This document shows positions 51,505-64,000 of a stretch of 64,000 nt of DNA, in pieces. Position 1 is the first letter of the stretch; each line of letters starts with the position of its first letter. The stretch comes from Tubiluchus corallicola (taxonomy: Eukaryota; Animalia; Priapulida). Position numbers and translations under genes: made by a program. The stretch spans positions 248,001-312,000 of the forward strand of contig JAQGDQ010000077.1 in NCBI GenBank assembly GCA_030141605.1. Reading direction: 5' to 3'. The notes beneath the pieces were generated by a model that had not been told where the DNA came from, ran no database searches, and saw nothing but the letters and a program-made list of their open reading frames with translations.

Positions 51505-52829
51505 CCAGGATGGAAGTAGAGTTGTGGAATTCTAGAAGTTAACTGGCAACTCGAGATTGGAATTATTTATTATCTGCTAGCCCGTTTAGTATCCAAAACA
51601 AAAAGTTATTGTTTTGGTAAAATTTAATTTTGTTGTTTTACACTAATGTTGTTGTTTTAAGTCAAGAAGATATTTAAAATATAACGTGGATTTTCGAGCT
51701 CAGATTAACCAAATCTTTTCCTTAGGAAAACCCGCCAGGATAGGAAATTAAATACGTAGAAACAGGAATTCTAATGTTACTTTTCAAGCAGCAGAACAAA
51801 AATGATTAAAAATAATATGATTACTAAAATATGTTTATCGCACCTTGTGCAATAGCAAGACTGAAAAAGAACAATTATCAAATTTTGTAAATAGGAAACT
51901 ACCGTACCAATAAAATTGAAAAGCACAATAATGCGGCCTTGCTTACTAATGTTATATATGTAGTGTTTGTATGTAATATGTAGTCAGTATGTAGGTATCC
52001 TATAGGTATAGTATAAATTGTTATAAATAATTAGTGCTTTCTGGAGGATATCCAGTGCACCCCAGGAAGCTATCTAGCTATCTAGACGCAAAATGTTTTA
52101 GACATACGATATCTGGACACATAAACACTAAGTGTTTTGGGCACGTAAGTCACTTCAGAATGAGGTACTTTTTAGATTAATAAGCCTTTTTAGATTAATA
52201 CTTAGGTACATAGGTAATTTCGAGATTTACCTATCACAGGTCGTTTAAATATATAGGTTATTTTGATTTGTAGGTGATTTGAAAAACATAAATAAATCAC
52301 CTTGAAAGTCAGACATAAATTTGGAGATATACTTAATTTTGACATATATGTCACCTGTGATCCTTTGACATATAGGTCCCTGTGATCAGAGACCTAAGTT
52401 CAAATTCGGCTCAATCCCCGACTTTTTCACATTTTGTTTGTTTCAGCCATATTTGGATTGGACTGGGATGTGATATCATTTAGCAACATAGGTTGTTTAG
52501 CTATACTTTATTCTGGGGGACGGGTGTATTTCACCCGTTTCTATACGCCAACCGTAGCGCAGGTACGGTGGCTAGACTTACTCGCGTTGCCGTTCTTGTT
52601 CTTGTACACACTTCATAAAAATGCGTTGTAATTAGCGAACGGATCACGATCAGATGTGGTAGGTATATATGTTGGGAACTAGCAACCACACACACGCGCG
52701 CGCGCGCAGTAACGGAAAGTTTTTCTTCAAGAGTACCCAGGGTTTTATAGTAACTCCCGAAAACTTTAAAGTGCTACTTGTTCTACATTCTTCGTGAAAT
52801 TTAATTTAGCTTACGGTGCTGACAGGTAA

Positions 52830-54610
52830 TCACCCACTTCACCGGTTATCTTTTCGTCAGCTTATTTTTTCGCCAGTCTATCTTTTCGTCAATGTAATCG
52901 TGACTAACGCTGAAGACTTAACTGACCTAGAAGTCCCCATTATAGGTATCAACATGATTTCATTTAACCGCTTTGTGAAAAGAAGATTTAAGTCTTACAG
53001 ATGCGTGCCATATATCATTGGATTCGCTATGAATCGTAGAATCTCATGCATTTCGTCAAAGTCGCGAGTCGAGTTCTGTTTAGCCAGAAAACGGCAATAA
53101 ATAGGATGTCTAGTCGAAAATTTGACATTCAGGATCTTCTGTTATTTTCGTTCTGTGATGTTTAGTTTACGAGATACGCATCTTTTTTGGAATAACTCAA
53201 AAACGTGACTGTGTAAATTTGGTATGCTTGTAGCTAGTGTAATTTCGGGTCGTGACCCTTTGACCCGCCCGAATTATGATCCGAAAATCGTTAAAATATG
53301 TCTATTTTTTATAAACCAATACTCCTACAAGAAGTGCCACCAACCAAGATGGCACACAGTGATGATAGTTCGATCAATTATCTATCCAATAATGTGCACA
53401 CAGCCACCACCGCCGCACGGCTGCCACGCTATCCCTGTTTTTCTGGACCTATGTCAGTACCATACTTAGACTTACATAACAGATATTGGTGAGGTTCAGA
53501 AAAATCAGGACCTCGAGTCCTAACAGCTTCTCGGCCTAATAAACTAAAGACGTCTCTATCTCGAGTGTCAGCCACCTGATCTTTCGGAAGGCTTTCTTCA
53601 AGAGATATGGCTTCCCAAATCAGGCATTTTGACACTTCGCTTCACATATTAAAGGAAACATCTCGTTTGTGCTATTTGCCAAATTTCGGTTACTTTCGGG
53701 TAAACAAAAAAGAGAGAAAATATTTAACACAGCGCATCTTATTCTACGTTTAATGGTAAATTTTTTTGTCACGGTTACGTATTTTCTCGGCTTTTGGCTT
53801 CCATTCACAGAGCGCTTAAAGGAAACCATGTCGGTTTTTCTCTATTGTCCATATTGTCAATAATGTATTGTACGGCAATTTCATGTTTGATGCCTTGTAG
53901 AACGACAGCGATGTCAGGGCTCGACAAAACGGAGACGGTATCTATAGCCAAAGCACAGTACTTTACTTCAGCTTGTAAAGGCTTTGTTTCGTTTGGATAG
54001 GTGATGTTTCTTGTAGGAGCAATGGTTTATCTATCAAAGATTGACATATTTTGACGATTTTCGGGTTACAACTCAGGGCGTAAAAGCGTCACGACTCGAA
54101 ATTACAAGCTAAGGTGGCTCTTTACCTACCAAGAGTACGCCAAATTTGGTTAAGTAGCACTGTCTAGTTTTGAGTTATTCCAAAAAGATGCGTATTTTGG
54201 AAACTAAACCTCGCAGAACGAAAACAACAGCAGACCCTGAATGTTAAATTATCGACCGGACATCCAATTTATTACACCGTTGTGGCTAAAAGAAACTCGA
54301 CTCGCGATGCATCTGATTCTACGTTTCCTTCCGAATCCAATGATATATGGTACGTCTCTGTAGGACTTGTATCTTCTGTTCATAGAGCTTTTAAATAAAA
54401 CCATGTCGATAAATAATGGCCAATGGTGACTTCTAAGATCTGTTAGGTCTTCAGTGTTAGTCACGATGTCATGATGTGTTGGCAAAACACTGGAAAAAGA
54501 TAGACTGGCGAAAAGGCAGACTGGTGAAAAAATAGACTGGCGGAAAGATAAACTGGCGAAAAGATGCACTGGTGAAAAGATAGACTGGTGAATTGTTCCC
54601 CGGCGAAACG
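52830..54610. mobile_element. non-autonomous fold-back/MITE-like element with ~0.5-kb imperfect inverted arms and terminal short subrepeats
   Basis: About 52830-53300 is the reverse complement of about 54050-54610 (e.g. atcgtgactaacgctgaagac at ~52897 vs gtcttcagtgttagtcacgat at ~54447); both ends carry ttcgccagtctatcttt-like units. Confidence 0.7.
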
Positions 54611-57042
54611 ACATACAATCATGCTGACGTTATGCATGCATCCTAAGGGCAACAGAGCCCGAGCTTCAATTTACTGTCATGGAGGTTTTGGAGGGGCAGC
54701 GACTAATGCATGTGTAATGCTGAAATATGTGTAATGAAATTATCAGTATGTAGGTATCCTATAGATGGTAAAATATAGGTATTGTATAAAAATATACTTG
54801 TCTTTTCGCAAAATCCAATAATGTGATGTCTAAAAAATCGTGTATAAAAAACGATATCTCTGATTCTGATTTGAATAAGATTATTTCTCGTTACCTCGAA
54901 CTCAACTTCCTCAACAATAAGTAAATACAGTCTGCAGGTCAAAATTGCATAAATTACGTAAGTATTAGGACCTTTTCATAGTATACGGATATTTTCACCT
55001 AACGATTGTAGATGGGGCCATTCCGGTAACTGACATATGCGATTGACACGGTACAACTAGATTTGTTGCCGGACCTTTTTCATGTCGAACTGAGAAACGC
55101 AGTCTAACGGACAATTGTAATAATAATATATTATAAATTAAGTAGTTTAACGTAATAAACGCCAAACATGTGTAAGAAAAGCTTTTCTGGATAATTCTCT
55201 TTACAAGCGATTAAAATAGACAATTAAAAATTTCTAGTTCGTACATCTTCAAAAATTTAGCCGGACTTGCCGCAGAAAACAAGCAAAAATTCTCGCCACA
55301 GCTAAGTTGGTTTCAATTTCTTTCAAGTTAAAATGAAGGCAAAGATAAAATGGGAAAAGGCAAAATAATATCGCTTTCATTATCCCCTTCGCCATTATTG
55401 TTAGACGATCACTATTCTCATCCCACCTGTTAAATTATAACTGCAACTATCATCCTCCCTCGGCTTCTTGCTTATCGCTATCATCATCGTAATCTCATTA
55501 CATAGTGTCCAAATGCGTTGTGTGTCAAAATGATCTATGCATCTTCAAAAGCACCTTTGTTCAAATGACCTATATGACCAACTTGCCATAATGCCCAAAC
55601 ATCTCGTGTCCAAACTGCCTTCTGTCTGGAAAAATCAGTGTTCAAATTACCCGTGACTTCATGTGCCTAAGTCACGTGAGTGTCCCACAAGTACCCAAGA
55701 CTATATGTGTGACTAAATATTTTGCGGCCAAATATCTTACGTATCCGCCTGCCTCCTTGATCACCGCTAGCGAGATGCAGTTTTTCAACTTACCTGACGG
55801 GCAGACGACGAAGGCGACGAGGAAGTTTATTTTTAACTTTTACATAATGTTACACAGCCGTCATGAATCTAGGATAGCATTCTGGACGACAAAGAAAGCT
55901 CTAACGTAATCACAGAACATAGCTGACAACTAAAATTATTAATTGTAAATTATTTCAGATTATTCAAAACACGTGTTAACAGAGCTTATAAGATTCAGAT
56001 TCAACTTTTTCATGTGGGAGCATTTACACACCATACAGAGAATCGATGGCCGCTATAAACTGCCGTCGTGTAAATGGTGTTTGATGTCAATTAGCTGACA
56101 GTTGCACACTTAGCACGTAATCTGAGTAACTAAGTTTCAGTGTCAAGTGGAAATTTATAAAAAAAGTATCGGGATCATGTCAAGCAAAAAATTGTCCACA
56201 ACTATGTGCTAAAACACAGACATGGTATTTGCAGTAACCGTATCGAGCGAAAGTATAACATGATGTGATGTAATATGAATCGATTTTCTTGTTTGTCTGA
56301 CATTTTAAAATATCTAGTGCTCAAGCGTGTATCATCTAACTGAGCGACAGTATTAGCTTTAATCTTTTTTGCCCCATATGAATAGGCCAACGGAACTGAA
56401 GATAGCAAAGGTGGTAATGGGTGGTGCTTGAGTAGTGTAAGGTCAGGGTTAATTCTGTTTAACATGGATTCAGAAAAATAAATCTTGTCTCAGTCAAGTG
56501 TGTCAGTGTAGCTGACAATTGTACTGTAAAGCAATTAGTTCATAACTTATACATATATGGAAGCTGGTTTATAAAGTGAACCGTTCAAAAAAGTTCTTCG
56601 GAGCTCAGGTTCTTGGTAGGATAAAATAAAGTTGAAACCACTGCATCTGAAACTACAGAATTTACAATAGCGTGCTTTAGGCGGCGTGTTCTTCCCATGT
56701 CTTTCCATCTGTTTGCTGCAGCCTTCCACTGAATATTAGAAGCTCTGATAATCTAAATGCGTTCAAAAATTGCTCAATACTCATCTTTTGCAATAGAAAA
56801 TGAGAATTTAATTGGATTTTAAGTTTGCCTGCATTTTGCTAAAAAGGTTTTTATATTGATTTCTTAATATAAATTTTTAAGACCTTTCCTCGTGGAATTA
56901 TAGTGTATATAGTTGCATGAATTACGTTTTTGCTTGATTTTTTTTTAATTAATTAAAAAGCTTTTTAAATATTAATACTTTTATAACGTAAAACGCAACT
57001 GAGTATTTATATACACATGATGACTGTATAAATTTTATGTGT

Positions 57043-57138
<96 letters not shown>

Positions 57139-57170
57139 AATAATAATAATAATTATAATAGTAATAATAA
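57043..57170. repeat. (AAC)n then (AAT)n microsatellite
   Basis: direct reading. Confidence 0.96.
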
Positions 57171-58419
57171 CTAGATTTTAGCGGGAAAGGCTTGCTGGTA
57201 GTATAGGCAAGTTAGATAAGAACCTAAGATCATGTTAAACCAACCGTGATTTTTTTTAAGTAATCACTGAACTTTTAAATACATTGACCCCTTGTTCTCG
57301 ATGCCGCTGATCTAGTGCCCATTGAAGACTCCTTGTCAGGTAGGGAATAGTTTTTTTAGATTTGACCTCATTTCCTTAGATAAGAAGTAAAGATCTGCAC
57401 TCGTGTTTGTAAGTTAACTTTGTACTGTTACTGGTTAATCAAATAATTAACAAAATATTTAGCAACAATATTACCAAACATCTAATCTGCTATTATAAAC
57501 TGTATTTTCCTATTATAACCGTAGACCTATATTTATATAAGTGTACGAAAAAAAAGCGACAAACTTAAAATTGCAATATCGGTCTCCAAAATTTTACCGT
57601 TTCGTTTTCCAACAAGTAAACCAGTGATGTACCCTTCATGACCGACAAGTGTTTTGCCCTCCACAGGGGTTTTTCGAGACCTATATTGCGCAAAAACAGA
57701 ATTGAAAACGTTGTACTGCATTGATTAGTAAAGAGAAATAATACATTACAGATGCCTTCATTCCAATACAACTTCCGATGATATTATATGAATAGAAATT
57801 TAAATCTGTTGAACAGTAAAGTAGTTAGCAGACCCATGTAAAAGTTGGCTGAAAATTACAATTGGCTGAAGCTACAGCATTATGTAAAGTAGTATGTAAA
57901 TTATTTATGAATAGGGAAAGTATTTACTTTTGAATAAATTTTGATCATGCTTTGGAAAATGCATATGGCGTAAAGTAAGTGCTACTGTTACAGAATTTAT
58001 TTTGTACTGCGCTCTTTAATCAGCATGTAGTTAATCAGAGCGCTAAAAAATCTTTCCAATTAACAATTATTATAATTAACAACTGACACCGCATTGTTTC
58101 AAAATTCAAAGGCTAAAGAATTTTACGACATAACATGTTTGTAATTACTTGTTTGAGCAGTGTCAGAATTACAATTAATTAAAACAAAACCGGCAATACA
58201 ATCTTCTAACTTTTTTATATATTGTCTCTGTTTCTTAATTTAGACCTATTCGTCTTTTCGTTGTAATTATGTTGTCAAAAACTTAGTTGCTAATAAATTT
58301 TTGATGTGGATAGTGACAGGCACGTAGCCAGGAATTTATAAGGGGGAGGGGGGCACTAATACATGTGTGTCAGCGTCGTCGAAACAAAGATATGGGCAAA
58401 TACCAAACGTAACATGGCA

Positions 58420-58810
58420 AACACCAGATCCTGAACGTCAAATTGTCGACCGGACATTCTATTTATTGCAGTATTGTGCCTAAACAAAACTGGCTCGCGA
58501 CTTTGACGCAGTCTATCAGATCCTACGTTTCATTGCGAATATGGAATATTCGACATATGGAACGTTTCTGTACGGCTTATGGCTTCCGCTCAGAGAGCGT
58601 TTAAAGGAAACCATGTCGATACCTGCTATATAAGTATAAGTATGGTACCGACACTGGTACAAAAAAACGGGCATAGCGTGGCAGCCCTGTAGTGGTGGCG
58701 GCCACGTGGCACATCATTGGATAGAAAATTGATCCTACAATCGATCCATTGGGCACCATCTTGGTAGGTGGCGCTTCTTGTAGGAGTAGTCGTTTTAACT
58801 TGACACATAT
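58420..58810 (-). repeat. dispersed copy of the repeat family found at 52.9-54.4 kb
   Basis: 58427-58620 resembles 54233-54410 directly; 58620-58800 is the reverse complement of about 53310-53480. Confidence 0.7.
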
Positions 58811-59644
58811 TTTACGAAGTAGACCACATTTGCTCTCACTGTAAGCAAATTGCTGGATGTGCATATTTTTTTAAATTCAATGAAAGGGGAGCTCGGACTG
58901 CCACTGCTTCCCCTGGCTATGTGCATGGATAGAGAAAGAGAACGTGAAATTTGTTAAACTAATGCTCGGTTTAGGCCTTTCAGTTCAAAACGAGTTTGTA
59001 AATTTTGTTTCCTAGTCTAAAACAAGTTTGTACTCAACGATGCTTGCTACAAGTTCATGTTCTACAGCTGAGAAAACAAAGCAGGAACAATGGGTTAAAA
59101 TATGGGCAAATTATTCTTACGATAACGCCGATAACAATAATTATGATATTACAATAAACAATATAATGAAGTTTACATTTGCATTACAAATTGTTCTACG
59201 AAGTCTAGGAAATTAAATCTTTGTGGCCTAAATGTGTTTTTATGTTGCGATAATAATAATTATCACAAAACTAGATAAATTTCTTTATGTTAAACAGAAG
59301 TTACATTATAACATCATAAATAAAGTGAAGCATTTCATGCCTTATGTCGAGGCTAGAGATTGTCCTCAACAAGGGGCTTCGGAGATAACATAATGCTGAG
59401 CTACAAACACCACGCTAACTCCACACAAGATTGTTAGCCCATAGTTTATTTAGAATAAAAGGAAACAACTTAAAGAATAAAAACCTGTATGGCCTATTCA
59501 AGTGTAATTAACCTATACAATAGATAATGCGGCTTAAAGTATTTCATTCACATAGAAAACCTTTGCGAATTCAATTGTTGTAAGCTTGAAACATAATGAG
59601 ACTTGTTTGTCAGAGGGATCTAGACAAGTAGGTAGTATAATTAT

Positions 59645-59693
59645 AATGATGATGATGATGATGATGATGATGACGATGATGATGATGATGATG

Positions 59694-59765
<72 letters not shown>
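59645..59765. repeat. (GAT)n(AAT)n compound microsatellite
   Basis: direct reading. Confidence 0.96.
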
Positions 59766-61728
59766 CAATATACCTAACAATGTATAGCATTCTAATAACA
59801 CCGACAATGATAATAAAAGCGTAATAATAAATTAATATTATTTGTTTTTCCTTCTTGAGCATTATTAGGACCTTATTGCTCCAAATTATACCAAAAGAGC
59901 CCCAGAGTATAATAAAAAATTTATTTTGTCGTTTAATAAAAATGGAAATAGTGATACTGATGTCAGGTACAAATTGTCTGGTGCCGCCATTTAACAATAA
60001 TGGATTCCGGATCACTTGGCCTTTACTGTTGTTACGGCGATTGAATAAGAACAGATTTGTTTGACTTGTTCAGTAACAGCTCATTAACTCCGCGTCAAAT
60101 GGCTTCAACACCTTAGCTTCGCTTAAACAGGTTGTTACAGATAAAAATGTTTTGCGCCATTACCCTTCCCAGGCAGTAGTATATGCATTTGGAGCGACAT
60201 TAGTAGTATTATGAGCTAGAGTACTTTTTCACTCTTATATTGTATATAGCAGAATTAGTTGTATAGACACGTATATGTTATGTTTGAAATGTAATTTGTG
60301 ATCAACATAACTAGCTGACTTTTGCTTATATTTCTGAAATTTTGCTAACATGTTAGAATAACAATTTCTGGTGTAACGTTGTACTTTGTATCATGTATTT
60401 TACTAGCAAGTAGCATGCTGTTTATGCAGTAGCTCTGTAGAAATAGTAATGTAGCTAATTCTTTATATATATACAATTATACATAAACATACATGTATAA
60501 TGTATATATATATATATATATACTAACAACAAACCTAACTAATAGCTACTAAATAAAGAAATCAAAGAATATAAAATAGATTTTAACAATTAGTAAGTGA
60601 ATATTGGTATGTTTTTTCAAAGAAAATGTGTATTTCCTTATTATAGTACTTGTAACTAGTTGGAAATGATGGTAGTGACCTTTGTGAAAATATTACTTAC
60701 ACGAAAGTATGCTCATCACATTCTCTGATCTTAAAAACATTGGTGTGGATACCACTTTAACCTCGTTCAGGCCACTATATTACTCAGTTACTGCACGAAA
60801 CGTTGTTTCGGGTAACGACAGACATGTTTTTCATTTTTAGGATTCTGAGATGTTTTGGTAATCTTAGAAATATCACTACTTGATCTAGGTGTACCTACAG
60901 TTAGGTCGTCTTTAAGCACTTTTTGCTGAGTTATAGCAAAATTCCCTTCTGACATTTTTTGCGGTTTTGAGGGTTTTCAACGTTCGTGTGCGTAGATTTT
61001 TAGTATATTTATCAACACATTTTTATATACTAGGTACAAGTGAAAATATTCTTATTGTAGTTTGTTCAGCGCAACAGCTACATTTTGCCTGGACTACAAT
61101 AGTCTTTGATTTACTTAAAAACTTGCTAAAAATAGACAATTTTACTTACGAGTTAATTAAAATGCATGGCTAATGTGAAGGGCTCTTCTCAATGGAAATT
61201 TTTTAACATGCGCATCTCATTGCTGTCATAACAAGCCTTCCCAAGTTTGAGTGGTTTTCAGTTATCGCGTCGTTATCAAATTATGTAGATCTAAATTTAT
61301 ACAAGTCGCAGTACCATCTCTTGTGGAAAACAATAATCACATTTTATCATTATTAATTAAATATATGAACCATATAATAGCCGCTGAAATAACAGCTTGT
61401 TTTAGTAATGTGATGTAATGTAACATATATCTAGTTTTGGACATTCGAACTACATAATTATGTAGTTTGTTGAATACATTTCTAGAAATAATATAAGTTA
61501 CTAGGTTATCAATCGTTAAATAATACTACTCAGTAAATTGTGCATATTTTAATTTTTTAAGTTATCAATGTCTCGAGTCTACTAACCTTGCTGCAACAAC
61601 CACTGCTAAGTGACTAATATAACTAATTACAACATTATTAATTGCACTTTTCGTTCAATGTAGAAACTCTGTTAAATGTATGTGAAACTCACATTTTGCT
61701 TAATTTATTATTCAGCTCTTTGCTCAAC

Positions 61729-62297
61729 AGCTAGGTTCCATTAGAAGTGCGCTGAAATTACGACGGATGGCACTACGTTCTCCTACTTTGATTTTAAACA
61801 TGTGACAATGTATCACTGCAGTTGATATTTTCTATGTGAGACGGTCAATTACAAAACTGATTCTGATATAACACGATTACAGCTTCCCGCAAAAGATGGC
61901 ACCACGATGTAAAGATTTAATTTAGAAGATGCAAAAACAAAAAATATAGTAATAAACTAATTACAATAATATTAATTAAAACACTTTTCCTAACTGTAAA
62001 AACTCGATTAAAATGTATGCGAAACTTTCATCTTTTTAATTTATTATTAATCGCCTTCTTCGAAAAAAACACAAAGCTAGGTCCCATCCCATTGCAAGTG
62101 CGCTGAATTCAAGACAGATGGCACTACGTTCTCCTAATTTGATTTTAAACATGTGACAATGTATCACCGCAGTTGCTATTTGTATGTGAGACTGTCAGGT
62201 ACAAAACTGATATTGATATAATACGCTTACTGCTTCCGCAAAAGATGGCATCATGATCTAAAAATTCAATTTATTAGATGCAAGAACAAAAAATATG
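61729..62297. repeat. direct duplication of ~220 bp (about 61729-61948 and 62075-62297)
   Basis: Shared blocks such as gatggcactacgttctccta, ttgattttaaacatgtgacaatgtatcac and ccgcaaaagatggca. Confidence 0.88.
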
Positions 62298-64000
62298 ATA
62301 GCACTCCTTTACGTTCATTTTGAATAGGTAAAACTACTTAATACGCGCAGTTTATTTTTTATAAATTTTGCAATATTTTTCATCAAATTTCTCTACTGAG
62401 GCTGGCGTCATGCATGTAAGTGGCCCCTTAAGCTTCTTACGCATGTAAAAATGTACACACTTTTGCACTTTAACTACAAGCGTCCCCATGTAATGAGGAT
62501 AGGAAGCTTTGGTTTGCGTTTCTTGACATCGAATATCTTGAACTAACACGGTTATATTGATCAGTAGAAGACGGTATAACAGTTTAAACAATTGGACATT
62601 AGTTGTAAGACTCTAATCTTCCCCAAGCCATGCGAGGAGCTGATATCAGAAAATCGAATGCTGATTGTACAGAAATAGGTTATATTATGTGAAAAGCACA
62701 GATGAATCCGACTTAAAATAGATTACCATTGCACATTGCAATATGCACTATGGAAATTTAAAATTATTAGCCCAAAGCAACTAATATTGTGTTTTGATCA
62801 ATAAGTGATTTCTGGAAGTCGCAAATCTATTTATGACTCTCAATTTCCATTTCACATATATAATTTATTAAATATTCAGCAGACTGCAGTTTTACAATTC
62901 ATTATAATACATTACAAATACAATGCAATACATCACAATGCAAAAAACACTATGCAGACAGAACCCCGCACATGGGACGCACTAATAATAGTAACATTAG
63001 TAAACGGTATTTACAATAGTTAGATATTACAATTACATTATATTGTGTTATATTACAAAGTTTATTCCATTTTCAAAGTTTCAGTACACAACAAGTTATA
63101 GAACTGCATTTACAATTTTCAAAAAATTAATATTGTAGAGCAAATTGTATTCAAAATTCTGGTAAACTACATTTTAGGAGAAGCATTTTAATTATAATAT
63201 ACATTGGAAACTTTACCTTATTAACTAAAGCAATATGTAAACTAAATTTTGTAAATTTCGTTTTTTAAAACACTCAAAATTGTCATTTCAAATTTTTTGG
63301 TCCATAGGTAGATTAATAAATAAAAACACGGGAAAATTTTCGCAATAAAACTGGATAAATTTGTCCTTAGATCATGATAATTTTTACATTCAAGTACAAG
63401 ATTCATTTCGTCCTCAATTTTTCCTTCATTACCATGTTGACATATTTGATTCTTTCAGGTACCTTGGGTATTCTATGTCGGCCTAGTTGCATATACAAGT
63501 TGTGAGAACTGATGCGCAATTTAGTAAAGTTCGATCTTAGTCCATGATTATGTATAAAAAGAAGATACTTTTCGGTTTCAAATTCTTAATTAAATTTTGT
63601 ATAAGTTCTTAGTTTATTAGTTTCCCCTGTTTTGCCCGTTTCTTTTGTAACACATTCCTTCCAGTAAATTTTATAATTTGTTTGTAGCCCCCCTTAAAGC
63701 AAATAAAAAAATTTGGTTTGATCGACACTTTGCTGTTCCTAAACACGTGAAAAGCCCAAATGACGTGAAATGTTTCTTACGAATTGTAACCAGCATCCCG
63801 TATTTTGGTTAAGGAGATTTTTATTTTCTTCGTATGTTTGGTATGTCAATGTATTTTGTGGAGAGTTCAGTATTTTAAACCAGTATTTTATTGTCCTAAT
63901 TATAACGTCTACGTATAGAGCGAAATGACCCAGCTCTCCCCTGACCGCATGATTAACGGAAAATTTATTGACGCTAAGAACGAACTTACATAACTTTACA

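Noticed and set aside
54494-54610. Short regularly spaced repeats as a CRISPR-like array
   Set aside because: Contiguous ~17-bp units without unique spacers in a eukaryotic context; explained as element subrepeats
55792-55900. Strong minus-strand donor cag|gtaagt
   Set aside because: Upstream frames are interrupted by stops and no partner exons were found
51505-64000. Search for a third AstC-like exon or another gene
   Set aside because: No NP[IV]xCF-like coding or phase-consistent exon chain seen by eye; small exons could have been missed

Overview
AT-rich, intron-rich animal (invertebrate-like) genomic DNA; the taxon cannot be fixed from the window. Most ORF-track entries are spurious or microsatellite-derived, so genes were rebuilt by manual splicing. 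Contents: (1) the 3' part of a pentraxin/LamG-fold gene on + with an acidic insert and a Gly/Asn/Tyr-rich tail (to 3345). (2) A complete 24-exon, ~770-aa M13 neprilysin-type metallopeptidase on - (5177..29447) with intact catalytic motifs and an unusual EGF-domain exon between the membrane anchor and the peptidase domain. One of its introns holds a decayed Academ-like DNA transposon with long inverted repeats. (3) Transcribed divergently from the peptidase, an allatostatin-C/somatostatin-family neuropeptide locus on +: one clear signal-peptide exon (38121..38213) behind a CRE/E-box promoter and two phase-0 terminal exons (46538..46729, 51340..51504) encoding two different amidated Cys-ring peptides. 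(4) Fold-back/MITE-like repeats, a ~220-bp direct duplication and many microsatellites. No gene could be supported after 51.5 kb. All coordinates are hand-counted.
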